A stretch of 61,541 nucleotides of DNA, filler included, from 9 parts of 9 records of this genome joined end to end with filler, not necessarily neighbours in it; one strand, 5' to 3'; positions 44,572-56,720 are shown, numbered from the whole stretch's first letter. A program made the numbers and translations. The notes: generated by a model not told the origin, from the letters alone.

Positions 44572-45159
44572 ATGAGAATGGGCTGCATTCTTCTAGCTGC
44601 CGGTATCAGCCAGCGCTTTGGCGCTAATAAACTCTTAACCAATATGCTTGGCAGACCTGTAATTGATTACATCTTATCTAATTTACCTGTCGAGCGTTTC
44701 GACGAATGTATAGCTGTAGTCTCAAACAAAGAAGTACGGAAGCATGTAGACAATTATAACATAAAAAGCGTTTTTAATAATATGCCGGAGGAAGGTATAA
44801 GCAGAAGTATCCGTCTGGGAATTGAATCACTCAAAAATGTTGATGCCTGCATGTTCTGTGTTTCAGATCAACCCATGCTGACTTCTAAGACCATCATCGA
44901 TATGATTGATGCTTATCAAGAAGATACCATAAGATCACTGTCCCATAAAGCTCAACGGGGAAATCCTGTAATATTCCCTTACTTGCTGCTAAATGAATTA
45001 GCCAGTTTGAAAAAAGGGGAGTTTGGTACAAAGGTGATTTACAATCACAAAGATATACTTGTATTGCACGAGACCATTGACCATACCCAGCTACTTGATA
45101 TTGATACTACAGAGAATCTAGAGTACGTTAAAAATCTAATTAGTCAAGCATCTTTATAA
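44572..45159 (+). CDS. mocA: Molybdenum cofactor cytidylyltransferase (MocA-like)
   Basis: LLAAGISQRFGANKL, SDQP, GNPVIF and DIDT; adjacent to a Mo-hydroxylase. Confidence 0.8.
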   Translation: MRMGCILLAAGISQRFGANKLLTNMLGRPVIDYILSNLPVERFDECIAVVSNKEVRKHVDNYNIKSVFNNMPEEGISRSIRLGIESLKNVDACMFCVSDQPMLTSKTIIDMIDAYQEDTIRSLSHKAQRGNPVIFPYLLLNELASLKKGEFGTKVIYNHKDILVLHETIDHTQLLDIDTTENLEYVKNLISQASL

Positions 45160-45648
45160 CACGCCTTAATATAGCATCACGGTTATTTTTATTCACATGC
45201 AATAACACTACATCATCTCTTTTACGAATACTGTCTAAAAAAAGATTATGCTTTTTTTGATGATACCGAGAACCGGAACATCACAATCAAGGCATTCGTG
45301 CACTTTCTTTTGAAATTTTACTGCATTTTTTTCTAGAACTCCTAGTTCATCCATAATTATCAAAGCAGGAGGAGTATTAAAAGTCATAATCTTAACTCCA
45401 AGTGTCTCAAATACATCATCATACCTTATCAGCGACCTATCAGGGAAGCAATCACCTACTTTATTTTTCTTGGACAATATCTTATGCTTGTCGCAAACAT
45501 CCACAATATACACACCGAAAAAATCATCTTCATCGGTTTTTTTGCGGATTGTTCTAAATCCTCCTACAGTTCCGGAATAATTCTGTAGATACCGGTGAAT
45601 AATAGTAGATTTCCCAGTATTAATTTCCCCTGTCAAAAATATGTTCAT
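45140..45648 (-). CDS. NTPase (THEP1/NTPase_1 family), frameshift near 45255
   Basis: NIFLTGEINTGKST, GGFRT and IIMDELG. Confidence 0.85.
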
Positions 45649-46426
45649 CCTTTTTTGGGCAGACAAAATAAATATTTGCCCCCGTTTTCATCCTCTCCGA
45701 AAATGGTTTGTATCGGCATGCCGTATGCCGATTTCATCGTATCATTAGATATAATATCCTCAATATTGCCAAAGCTCCCTTGTCCATCTTTACTCATTAA
45801 AAGCACTTTATCATCTTTAGAATAGGAATTAATGGCAGTGTGGGTAGACATAATTATAATATATTCTTGTTTTAATAGATTTCTCAGAGTGCATGTTACC
45901 ATGTCTTGATTTACAAAATCAAGGCTCTGCAGCGGTTCATCCATAATAATAATTTTTGACTGCTGACAGATTGCCCTAGCGATTAAAACCAGCTGCCGCT
46001 GACCTCCGCTAAGTTCTATATATTCCTTATTGGCAAGTTCATCGATACCCAGCATATTCAACGTATCCATGACAATATCGTAATCCTCTTTCTTTGGCAC
46101 TTCAACCATGGTCAAATGGGAAGCTCTTCCCATCACCACAATATCTTTCACATTATAATTGAATGCAGGAACATGATGCTGGGGGATGTATGCTATCATC
46201 TTTGCCCTTTCACGTTTTGAAAGATTATCAATATCCAGATTATTGATGCTAACTTTACCTTTCATTTTTTCTTTGTATCCGACGATAATATTAAATAAAG
46301 TGGTCTTGCCGCATCCATTTGCACCAAATACATACACCATCTCGCCGCTATTAGCACAAAAAGTGATATCATTGAATACGGTATTGTCACCGTAGCCGCC
46401 CTTTAATTCCTTTACATTAAAAGCAT
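45645..46426 (-). CDS. Type II ABC importer ATPase
   Basis: GANGCGKTT, LSGGQRQ and MDEP. Confidence 0.9.
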
Positions 46427-47429
46427 CTCTGCGTTTTCCTTTGCGAATTAGTATGAAGAAAAAGGGAGCTCCGATAAATGCTATCATAAGACCAATGGGA
46501 ATCTCCATGATAGAAATTGAGCGAACAATATTGTCCATCAAAAGCAGAAATATCCCTCCCATCATTGCAGATGTAGGCAGCAGCTTCGTATACTGGGGGC
46601 CGGTCATTGCTCTTGTCATATGAGGAATCATCAGCCCAACCCAGCCAATAAGTCCGCCAAGACAGACCGCCGCTGAACTAAGCATAGTTGCACCTATAAT
46701 AACAATCAGCATTGACTGCTTTGTATTTATACCTATAGTACTTGCTTCAATATCACTTAATGTAAGCACATTAATCCGCCACCGCATAATAAATAAAATT
46801 ATAAAGCCTACAGTCATAAATGGCAGTGCGAATAAAACAGAATCCATATCAACCTTAGATAGACTGCCCATGAGCCAATATGTTATCTCTGGAAGCTTGT
46901 CTGAGGTGTCCGCTAAATACTTTAGCATACTGGTTACTGAAAATGAAAGGCTTCCAACCAATACACCTGAGAGAATAAGGCTGACCCGGCTGTCAAACAT
47001 CACATGTTTGGCTATAGAATAAGTAACAAACACCGCAAATATCCCCGCTGCAAAGGCAAAAACTTGCACATACAGGCTGCTTAATCCTAACATGATAGCA
47101 ATAGCTGCACCCATTCCTGCACCTGACGCGACACCCAGAATATCGTGTGAAACCAGTGGATTTTTAAGTACTCCTTGATACGCCGCTCCAGATACCGACA
47201 ACGCTGCACCAATCAAGTATGCTGCAATTATGCGCGGCAGCCGGATACCAATAATGATCCAGCCATTTTGGTCGGTACTTCTGCCTAAAAGCACCCTAAG
47301 CACATCCCCTAAATTCATATGATAATATCCAAATCCAAATGATAAAACAATCAATATAAAGCTGACAAAAAGCAGCGCTATATTCAATGCCTTAGAATCT
47401 TTTATAGGATGATACCCGAATAGTCTCAT
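46417..47429 (-). CDS. FecCD/BtuC-fold ABC permease
   Basis: IRLPRI, NPLVSHDILGVASGA, GLIGWVGLMIPH and IGAPFF. Confidence 0.9.
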
Positions 47430-47471
47430 TGCTTCTCCTGTTGACAACTTTAATTAAGCATGATACGCTTT

Positions 47472-47501
47472 AAGCGTTGTTGTTTTGTAAACATAACGCT
47501 T
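47472..47501. promoter_or_regulatory. Palindromic operator resembling a ModE box
   Basis: AAGCGTT-N16-AACGCTT; 24-bp core CGTTGTTG-N8-ACATAACG; lies next to or over the -10 elements of both divergent promoters. Confidence 0.6.
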
Positions 47502-47542
47502 TTTTATATAAAAGTCAATAGAAACAGGAGAAATAAATAATT

Positions 47543-48595
47543 ATGACTGTTAAAATTAGACCAATTTTACTTATTATCATTGTATTAACACTACTTTTTG
47601 CAACAATAGGCTGCACTAAAACTACCACCGAGTCTAACGTAATCACCATTACAGATATGGCCGGAAGAACTCTGGATATACCAGCGGACATAGACAAAGT
47701 CTACTGTGCAGATTCTATGAGCGCCATCACAATGTATACATTGGCGCCGGATAAACTGCTGGGATGGTGTTATCAGCTCAACGAAAGCGAAGCAGCATAT
47801 ATTGTTGAAGATTATCGCGATCTTCCGGTATTCGGCATGAAAGATAACATCAATTATGAGGCCGTTATTGCATCAGAGCCGGACGTCGCTCTTCTTACCG
47901 GCACTATCGGCGATACTCTGATAGAAACAGCGGATAAAATGCAGGAACGTCTGGGTGTTCCCGTAATCATTCTGGACAACAGCCTTTCAAGCACCCCTGA
48001 TGTCTATACTCTGCTAGGCAATGTCACTGGTGATACTGAACAGGGCGAGGCGCTAAATACCTACTCAAAGAACGTACTGGAGGGCATCGTAGAAATACCT
48101 GAGGATGAGCGTATAAGTATCTACTACGCCAATGGCATTGATTCCTTGAACACTTCCTCAAAAGGCAGTGCTGCCTCCCAGATTTTTGATATGGTTTATG
48201 CTGATAATGTATGCAGTCTGCCATCAGAATCAGGTGACCGTATTCAGGTAACCGCTGAACATGTAATTGACTGGAATCCAGCATATATTTTTGTCAATGG
48301 AGAACCTGAAGAAGACCTTTCCGGCTCCAACGCTGCTGAAGAAATTCTTGACAATTCTCAGTATGCCAATGTACAGGCAGTTATAGATGGTAATGTAATC
48401 AGCATTCCTAAATCTCCCTTTGCATGGCTGGATAGACCAAGAAGCGTAAATCGCCTTATAGGTATAAGCTGGCTTGGCAGTATGATTTACCCTGAATACT
48501 ATACATTCTCAAATGAAGACATAAAAGAATTCTATTCACTTTTCTATCATCTGGAGTTAACTGATGAACAGATTCAGGAGTTGTTGGCTCAATGA
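47543..48595 (+). CDS. ABC substrate-binding lipoprotein (class III, BtuF/TroA-like)
   Basis: Lipobox TIGC, TITDMAGR, NYEAVIASEPD and PFAWLDRPRSVNRLIG. Confidence 0.88.
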   Translation: MTVKIRPILLIIIVLTLLFATIGCTKTTTESNVITITDMAGRTLDIPADIDKVYCADSMSAITMYTLAPDKLLGWCYQLNESEAAYIVEDYRDLPVFGMKDNINYEAVIASEPDVALLTGTIGDTLIETADKMQERLGVPVIILDNSLSSTPDVYTLLGNVTGDTEQGEALNTYSKNVLEGIVEIPEDERISIYYANGIDSLNTSSKGSAASQIFDMVYADNVCSLPSESGDRIQVTAEHVIDWNPAYIFVNGEPEEDLSGSNAAEEILDNSQYANVQAVIDGNVISIPKSPFAWLDRPRSVNRLIGISWLGSMIYPEYYTFSNEDIKEFYSLFYHLELTDEQIQELLAQ

Positions 48596-48768
48596 AGCCG
48601 GATGAAGATAATATGGAGAGCTTACGCTACTCTGTAAAGCTTATATTATATAAAGATACAAAATTTTTNNNNNNNNNNNNNNNNNNNNNNNNNNNNNNNN
48701 NNNNNNNNNNNNTTAATTAATTAANNNNNNNNNNNNNNNNNNNNNNNNNNNNNNNNNNNNNNNNNNNN

Positions 48769-49105
48769 TGACCTGGCCATCCTGGATATCATGGGGGTTT
48801 CCGGCTATGATATCCTGGATCTTGCCCGGAAAAAGGAGGTCCCCGCCCTCATGCTCACCGCCCATGCCCTAACCCCTGAGAATCTCAAAGAATCCATCCA
48901 AAAGGGGGCAAATGCCTATATACCTAAAGATGAACTGGCCAATCTGACCGATCATGCCGCCGATGTTATCCGGGCCCGCCTCCAGGGCGGCCAGGGTTCC
49001 TGGTTCTCCACCCTCAGGCCCTTTTTTGACAAAACCTTTGGCAAAGGCTGGCAGGACAAGGACAGGGCCTTTTGGAACACCTTTGATGATACCTATGGAA
49101 AATAA
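48769..49105 (+). CDS. Response regulator receiver protein, 5' partial
   Basis: LAILDIMGVSG, MLTAH and YIPK. Confidence 0.85.
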
Positions 49106-49194
49106 ACCTGGAAAAAGATCATTGAAAAGCCAAAGCCTGAAATGGTAAAGAAGACAAAAGGACTTTCAGTCAATTCAATCCTCGGAGGACTTAC

Positions 49195-51477
49195 ATGACG
49201 CGGGCAGGCTTCAAACTTTTTGTGGTGATCTGTGCAATTTTATTGGTAAGCGGATGCGCCTCAGACCAGGAAAAGGCGAAAAAATTCCTGGACCAGGGAC
49301 AATCCGCCTACGATGCGGCCAACTATAATGAGGCGGTGATTCAGGTTAAAAATGCCATCAAACTCACCCCCAAATCCATTGACGCCCAAAGGCTTCTGGC
49401 AAAGATCTACCTGAAACAGGGAGATGCCCGCCAGACCTTTGACACCCTTTTGAAACTTGAGCAGCTGGACCCCAATGACCTGGACAATACCGCCCGGGTG
49501 GCCTCATTCTATCTTCTGGGCCGCCAGCCCGACGAGGCCAAAAAACGGGTGGACCGGGTGCTGGCCGAAGATCCGGACCATATCCAGGCCCTTTTCCTCA
49601 GGGCCGGACTTCTCAGTTCCGATGCCGGCAACCTTGACCAGATCCAAAGGGTCTACGCCCGGATCCTGGACATTGACCCCAATCAGGCCCGGGCCCACCT
49701 GGCCCTGGCCCGGATAGCCGGCTCCCGGCAAAAGTTTGAGGATGCACAGGCCCATCTTCTCAAGGCCCGGGACATTGACCCGAAAAATATGAACATCCAG
49801 AAAACCCTGTTTGATTTTTACATGTCCCGTCGACAGCCCGACAAGGGTCTGGCCCTGCTCAAGGAATTGGCCGCCAGCCAGCCGGACAAGGCGGATCCCC
49901 ATATTTTCCTGGGCAACTTTTACATGGGCCGGGGAGAGGCAGACAAGGCCGAGGCCGAATACAAGGCGGCCATTGAAAAGGACAGCACCAATATCAGTGC
50001 CTATATGCGCCTGGCCCGCCTGCTCAACGCCAAAGGGGATGCCCAGGGAGCTGAAACCTATATCCAAAAAGCCCTGGCCCAGGAACCGGACAATTTCACC
50101 ATCCAGAACGCCTATGCAGAGTTTCATTTCAGACGCAACAACCTGACCCGGGCCAGGGAAATGGTGGATGCCATCCTGGAAAAACGCCCGGACTTTATGC
50201 CGGCAAAGGCCTTATCCGGCAAGCTGCTGATCCGGGAGCGCAAATTTGACCCGGCCGTTCAGCTGTTTACCGATCTGATCCGGGAGGAACCCGACGCCCC
50301 GGCCTATCATTATCTTCTTGGCTCCGCCCTGTTTGAAAAAGGAGAGTTGTCCCAGGCCAAAGGATCTTTGGCCAATGCCGTTGAAAAGAATCCCAACCAT
50401 ATCCAGGCCCGGGTGATGCTGGCCGACATCCACTTTCGGCAGCGGGACTATGACCTGGCACGGGACAATCTCACCCGGGTCCTTGCCCGCATCCCGGACC
50501 ATTACCAGGCCAACCTCATCCTGGGCAATATCCAAATGGCAGAACAGAAAACCTTAGCAGCCCGGACAACCTTTAACCGGTTGATTGCCATTGATCCGGC
50601 CAACCCCTCCGGCTATTACCGGCTGGGCATTCTTGACCGGGCCCAAAAACAATATGTTCAGGCAGAAACCCAGCTTAAAAAAGCCCTGGAACTTGCCCCC
50701 ACCCTCATGGATGTATTCTCAGCCCTGGTCTCTGTGTATGCCATACAAAAAGACTATGACAAAGCCTTGAACACCATTGATTCCCACCTGGCGGCCCACA
50801 GTGACCACGGGGCCGTGGCTGGGGTTCTCATGAACCTGAAGGGCAATATTCTGCTGTCCAAAAAAGACCTGGCCGGGGGTGAGGCAGCCTTTAAGGAGGC
50901 CATTGTCCAAAACCCAAGGTATGTCTCCCCCTATCTGACCCTGGCCAAGCTATACGGTGCCCAAAAAGACTGGGCAGCCACCGAGAAAATCTACCAGGAC
51001 CTCATTGAGAACCGGCCGGACCAGGCCATGGCCCACGCCCTTTTGGGCAGCCTTCATGAACGCAACGGGAAACAGGATTTGGCCGAGACCCACTATCTTA
51101 AGGCCCTGGAGATTAATCCCGATCAGATGACGGCCCTGAACAACCTGGCCTATCTCTATGCCCAGCAGGACAGGGAACTTAACAAGGCCCTGGAGCTGGC
51201 CCGGAGGGCCAAGGAACGCCTGGGACAGGTGCCGGCCATCATGGACACCCTGGGATGGGTCTATTACAAAAAAGGCTTGTTTGACAGCGCAGCCTCGGAA
51301 TTTGAATCCTGTACCCAAATCGCCCCTGATAATCCCATCTTTCACTATCACCTTGGACTGGCCTTTCATCAATTGGCAAAGGCTGACAAGGCCAAGGCTG
51401 CCTTGAACAGGGCTCTGGCACTGGACAAAAACTTTGACGGGGCCCAGGATGCCCGGGCGATTCTCGATACCCTGTAA
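49195..51477 (+). CDS. TPR-repeat lipoprotein (PrsT-like, PEP-CTERM/exopolysaccharide associated)
   Basis: Lipobox VSGC, many TPR units, ALNNLAYL...DTLGWVYY C-terminus. Confidence 0.85.
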   Translation: MTRAGFKLFVVICAILLVSGCASDQEKAKKFLDQGQSAYDAANYNEAVIQVKNAIKLTPKSIDAQRLLAKIYLKQGDARQTFDTLLKLEQLDPNDLDNTARVASFYLLGRQPDEAKKRVDRVLAEDPDHIQALFLRAGLLSSDAGNLDQIQRVYARILDIDPNQARAHLALARIAGSRQKFEDAQAHLLKARDIDPKNMNIQKTLFDFYMSRRQPDKGLALLKELAASQPDKADPHIFLGNFYMGRGEADKAEAEYKAAIEKDSTNISAYMRLARLLNAKGDAQGAETYIQKALAQEPDNFTIQNAYAEFHFRRNNLTRAREMVDAILEKRPDFMPAKALSGKLLIRERKFDPAVQLFTDLIREEPDAPAYHYLLGSALFEKGELSQAKGSLANAVEKNPNHIQARVMLADIHFRQRDYDLARDNLTRVLARIPDHYQANLILGNIQMAEQKTLAARTTFNRLIAIDPANPSGYYRLGILDRAQKQYVQAETQLKKALELAPTLMDVFSALVSVYAIQKDYDKALNTIDSHLAAHSDHGAVAGVLMNLKGNILLSKKDLAGGEAAFKEAIVQNPRYVSPYLTLAKLYGAQKDWAATEKIYQDLIENRPDQAMAHALLGSLHERNGKQDLAETHYLKALEINPDQMTALNNLAYLYAQQDRELNKALELARRAKERLGQVPAIMDTLGWVYYKKGLFDSAASEFESCTQIAPDNPIFHYHLGLAFHQLAKADKAKAALNRALALDKNFDGAQDARAILDTL

Positions 51478-51511
51478 ATGCCCCGTCCTCAAAGGCCGGC
51501 ATTGGCAGGTG

Positions 51512-52515
51512 ATGGTCGCCTGCACCCTTGCATTTGCCCTGGGCCTGGTTCTTGCCCCCAGCCCCCGGGCCAGGGAAACCCCTGTTGAAAAACAGGTCCT
51601 GGCCTATATCCGGGGAAAAAAGTTCAAGACCGGGGTTCAAGACCGGCAATGCCGGGACCAGACCCGATATAAAATCTATCTCATTGATAATTTTGAGCAG
51701 ACCTTCCCCCTGCTGCCGGAACTGATCACCACCCACGGGGACCTTCTGGTCCGACTTTTAAAATCAGGCCGGGAGGACATCCAGTCCGTGAATCTGAACA
51801 CCACCCTGACCCGGGGACTTGCCATGGTCATCCAGGACCTGTCCCAAGGCGGCTGCGCCGATGCAATTATCTCTTCCATTCCCGGTTCCAATTACACCTA
51901 TGATCAGATCAGAACCCTGCTGCCAAAGATCAGGGACCTGAACCCGGATACCCGGGTGGGGCACAGAAATGCCCTTAAACGCCTGCTCCGGGGGATTGCT
52001 TTCGATGGGTATCCTTCGGTGGCATGGGTCAGCCAGGCAGACATCAACCTGACCAAACTCAGGGAGGATGCAATGAAACTGGTCTTTATCCAGGCCCTGG
52101 GGCGCTTCGGGGTCGGGGTGATTCTCCCCTACGGCAATTCGGACGCCCCCCATAAAGGCCGCTCAAAAGAGTTCAACCTGCTCAGCCTGGCGGACAACGC
52201 CCTTGTTTATACCGGTTTGAACCAGTACGGGGAGCGGGTCAAAGGCTTTCCTTACAGCCCTTTGAGTTCAGGGGATGAAACCGCCGTCTACACCCTGACA
52301 GAATGCCTGGACCCAAACCATCCGGGCCAGGCCCTGCTGGATATCAACGAGGACGGATTCTTTGACTATACCTTTGCCCTGCCCCCCGGGGACGGGGTGC
52401 CTGTCCCCGGGATGCCAGGGGCTGCCGAATCCGGGGCCTTGTCCGGGGCACCTCGGTCATCCCTCCCCTTAAGGTAAAATCCCTTTTGCCGGTCCGATCA
52501 TCCAGCGCCCCATAA
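51512..52515 (+). CDS. Secreted divergent subtilisin-like (S8) protein; frameshift near 52385
   Basis: Signal peptide; YLID, THG and YGNS in the main frame; GTSVIPP in the shifted frame at 52447. Confidence 0.55.
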
Positions 52516-52671
52516 ACCTATTGGCAAGCGGACCATCCCGGGCGGCACCACCTGAGCCGGGACTTGCCCTGCCCGGCTTTATTTCGTCAAAATGTAGTAA
52601 AAATGTAGCTTGAATCTTCAGACAAATGGTGTAAAAACAGGCTGATTTTAAACCTGATTTGGAGAACCGCT

Positions 52672-54845
52672 ATGTCCTGCCACCCCTTTTTATCCTTCCC
52701 ATCTAAAATCGCCAAGCCCTTGATGGCATGGGATAGATCCCGCAGTCTTGCCGGTATCAGCCTTTTGCTTTGGATGCTTCTTATCTGCCTGGCCTGCCCT
52801 GTTCCTTTGGCCCAGGCTGGCACAGGCCTGGCACTGGACAGCACGAATTTTGTGTTGAATTCCTCCCTGACCATTACCGCTGACGATTCAGACAACAGCA
52901 TTGCCTACGGCGCAAAGCTGACCAATTCCTCTATTCTGTATAACTATGGCACGATATCGGCAACGGCCAGCACTGGGGAAAATGCCTTTGGCTTACACCT
53001 CACCGGCTCCAGCAGCGCCTTCAACTACGGCACCATCACGGCAACCAGCACAGCAACCGCCAGAGGGTTTACCTTGTAGGGTCAAGCTTTACCAACTACG
53101 GATCAATATCAGCCACCACCACCAGCAGCAGCAAGACTGCTGCAGGGCTGTACCTCAACAACGCCACGGCCTTCAATTACGGCACCATTTCAGCCAGCGC
53201 CGATTCAAGTACTGCCTATGGGGTGTATGTCGCCAGCTCTGTCTTTACCAACTACGGGACCATCTCCGCCTCCAGTGACTCAGGAACCGCCTATGCCATA
53301 TATGCCAACAGTGGAGCAACCACGAATTATGCCGAAGTGGTCCTTGGCACAGGGACCCAGATTCTTTCAGGGGAGGTCTACGGGGCCAACAGCTATACCA
53401 AGCTGACCCTGGACGGCAGCGGTACCATGGACTTTGACATCACCGGCACCTGGGCCTACCTGACCAAAACCGGGGACGGCACCTGGACCATTGCCAATGA
53501 TATCAGCGCCACTTTAGGCATCGTCTCCATTGAGGCCGGCACCCTGGCCCTGGATGCGGGGGTCAGCTTCTCAGCCACCACCTTGACCCAGGATTCGGGC
53601 AGCACCCTGTATATTACAGCCGGCTCCTCCCCTTCCATCATCATCAGCGGCACGGCCACCTTGAACGGGGACCTGGTGGTGGAGGCCTCTGCCGAATCCT
53701 TAGGCACCAGCACCATTCTCACCGCAGGGACATTGATCACGGGTACGGATTATTCAGCCGACTCAACCAGCAGCAATCCCAACTTCACCGTGGACATTGT
53801 CACCACCACCGGAGCAGACGGCACGATCACCGCCACCACCTCCTTCACTCCCCAGGATGATGAATCCTCCCTGGCAGCCACAGCCTCTTTGGCCTCGGTC
53901 CAGGCCTTTGCCGCCGTGGCCCAGGCCCGCAGCCTGACCCTGCTGGCCGATGCAGGAGACCAGGAGAACCAGGAGATCCTGGTGGCCTCAGCCGGATCCA
54001 TGGCCGGCCTGCTCGGTCCCCGGGTAAAGGAGACCCTCTGGGGGTATGTGCAGCCCGTGTACACGTCGGTCACCAGGGACGGAGACGGCGAAGGGTTTGA
54101 ATCTGAAATGCTCGGCCTGGAGGCGGGCATTGACCGCAAATTCGGGAAAAATGCCGTGGTCGGCGCCATGGCCGGCTGCGGCACCGGAACCATTGATTTT
54201 AACGGGTCCACCTTTGTGGACAATGACTATGAAAATCAGAATCTCTATGTGCTCGGGGCCTATGGCAGTTACCAGCTGGGCAACTGGATTTTTGCAGACA
54301 CCTTCAGCACCACCTTTATGTCCCACCAGTCCTCACGCAACGCCGGTCTGTCCGAAACGGCCACGGCAGCCTATGACTCCAGCCTCGTTGCCAACCAACT
54401 GACTGCCATCTATCAATGGATGCCCGCAGACAACTGGGAAATCGCCCCCAGGGCCGGGGTGAATTTAAGCTACCTGCACCGCAACAGCTTTTCCGAGTCC
54501 GGGGCCACCAATGCCGTGTCCTATGACGCCCTGGACGAAGTCTTTGCAGATGGATTCATCGGGGTGCGGGCCAAGTACCACCACCCTGTGGAGGGTAAAA
54601 TTCTCACCCCCTATGTGGGTGTGGGCGGCATCCACGCCCTCACCGACAACGACATCACCGTGAGCCAATATCTGTCCACGGCATCGGCCCAGGTCACCAC
54701 AGAAAACGATACCGACCGCCTCACCGCCGAATGCGGGGCAAGCTTGAGCAAAGACGCCATGTCCATCACCCTGGGGTACACCGGGGAATACGGCAAGACC
54801 ACAACCAGCAGCGCCATCTTCGGTATGCTGCGCATGGAATTTTAA
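52672..54845 (+). CDS. Autotransporter (type Va) with Ser/Thr-rich passenger; frameshifts near 53075-53150
   Basis: Five NYG(T/S)I(S/T)A repeats, LTKTGDGTWT motif, C-terminal beta-barrel ending ...LRMEF. Confidence 0.85.
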
Positions 54846-55115
54846 TCCGATTTTATAAAATTTGTGGCATTTTCTGATAGACTGCATTGAAGCAATTCTT
54901 TCTTTGTCAGATTTGATGATAAAAAAGATGACCCCTTGGGCGTTCAATTCCCAACTCTTAACCCGGCAGCAGCAGGGCAAGGGGGTCTTCGCTTAATTTC
55001 CGAAGGTCGTCCTGANNNNNNNNNNNNNNNNNNNNNNNNNNNNNNNNNNNNNNNNNNNNTTAATTAATTAANNNNNNNNNNNNNNNNNNNNNNNNNNNNN
55101 NNNNNNNNNNNNNNN

Positions 55116-55208
55116 TCAACAATACCTGGAACAGGTTTGCCAATGACCGTGATTAGCTCAAGACTTGTAACCGAACGTATAACCCAAGAGCATGGATCTT
55201 TATCTTAA
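55116..55208 (+). CDS. crtI: Phytoene desaturase C-terminal end (partial)
   Basis: STIPGTGLPMTVISSRLVTERI motif; overlaps the crtB start. Confidence 0.8.
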   Translation, partial: STIPGTGLPMTVISSRLVTERITQEHGSLS

Positions 55209-56025
55209 AAATAATCTGGCTTGTAGTAAAATAACTACTCAAAACTACAGCACTTCATTTTCTATGGGAGTAAGGGTGCTAAGTAAAAAGTATCGGATTG
55301 GTGTGTATAGTATATATGGTTTCGTGCGCTATGCAGATGAGATAGTTGACACCTTCTTTGAGCAAGATCAGCAAACAATTTTTGACGAGTTTAAGAAAGA
55401 GACTTACAAAGCGATAGAACGAAAATTCAGCATCAATCCTATTCTTCATAGTTTCCAATTTACAGTGAACACTTACAAAATCGATGCAGAGTTAATTGAA
55501 GCATTCCTTGAAAGTATGGAAATGGACTTAAGCTTAACAGCTTATAAGCCTGAGCTACTTCAGAAATACATTTATGGGTCAGCAGAAGTTGTTGGTTTAA
55601 TGTGCTTACGCGTTTTTTATGCTGATGAACCTGAGAAATATAAAAGCTTAATTAAACCTGCCCGTAAACTGGGAGAAGCGTTCCAGAAAGTAAACTTCTT
55701 AAGGGATGCTCAGGATGATCTTGAGAATAAAGGACGTGTTTATTTTAAAGATATCGATTTTAAAAACTTCGATCTGAAAGCCAAACAAAAAATTGAAGAT
55801 GAAATTGACCAGGATTTTAAAGAGGCATACCAAGGAATTAAACGATTAAAAAAGGAAGTACGCCTTGGCGTATACCTTGCATACATCTATTATTTGCGCC
55901 TTTTACGAAAAATTAAAAAAGCCCGGCCAAAAGATATTCTGAAGCAGCGATACCGGATTTCAAATGTGAAAAAAGTATATTTGCTCGCGAATGCATATGT
56001 AAAAAACACATTCAATATCTTATAA
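55192..56025 (+). CDS. crtB: Phytoene synthase
   Basis: YSTSFS, RYADEIVD, YIYGSAEVVGLM and NFLRD. Confidence 0.95.
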   Translation: MDLYLKNNLACSKITTQNYSTSFSMGVRVLSKKYRIGVYSIYGFVRYADEIVDTFFEQDQQTIFDEFKKETYKAIERKFSINPILHSFQFTVNTYKIDAELIEAFLESMEMDLSLTAYKPELLQKYIYGSAEVVGLMCLRVFYADEPEKYKSLIKPARKLGEAFQKVNFLRDAQDDLENKGRVYFKDIDFKNFDLKAKQKIEDEIDQDFKEAYQGIKRLKKEVRLGVYLAYIYYLRLLRKIKKARPKDILKQRYRISNVKKVYLLANAYVKNTFNIL

Positions 56026-56719
56026 ATGGAATTGAAAAATTATACTTATTTCGGACTTTTATTTTTTCAGTATTAATTCCTTTCATTCTAAGTTTTGATA
56101 AAAAAGTAGCCTTCTGGAAAAACTGGATTTATCTTTTCCCTGCAATTATTATTACGGCGATTCCTTTTTTAATTTGGGATGTAAAATTTACAGAATCTGG
56201 TGTTTGGAGTTTTAATCATGATTATACCATAGGAGTTAATTTTAAGGGACTTCCTATTGAAGAGTGGTTGTTTTTTCTTGTTATCCCTTATGCCTGCATG
56301 TTTATTTATGAGGTTTTAAAAAGCTATTTCAAAAATGTCAGTTTCCAAAACTTTTTGTAGCATTAAGCCTCATTCTTATTGTTGGTTTTGCATTATTATC
56401 TTTCTTGTATAGGGATAAGGCATACACTTTCTTAAACTATTTATTTTCTGCCGTTTTTCTCACATACATCATCTTTCGTAATCAATTCAAACAGCATCTC
56501 CCATATTTTTATTTGGCATACTTTGTCTCTTTAATTCCATTTATAATAATTAATGGAATGCTTACATACTTGCCCATTGTTGAATATAATTCGCAACAAA
56601 GCCTGCAATTATTCTTTTTTTCAATTCCAATTGAGGATTTTACATACCTTTTCTTGTTATTACTGATGAATACAAGCATATACGAAACTTTTAAAAGTCG
56701 GAGATTTTCACTCAAATAA
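56026..56719 (+). CDS. Membrane lycopene cyclase (two-domain CrtYcd type), broken by T-run frameshifts
   Basis: PFLIWD...GLPIEEWLFFLVIPYAC and a second domain ...IPIEDFTY. Confidence 0.8.
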
Positions 56720-56720
56720 A

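Noticed and set aside
45645-47447. 600-aa permease-ATPase fusion in the ORF track
   Set aside because: Adding one T to the run at the junction gives permease ...DAF* and ATPase MLFNVK..., a normal overlapping gene pair; homopolymer artefact
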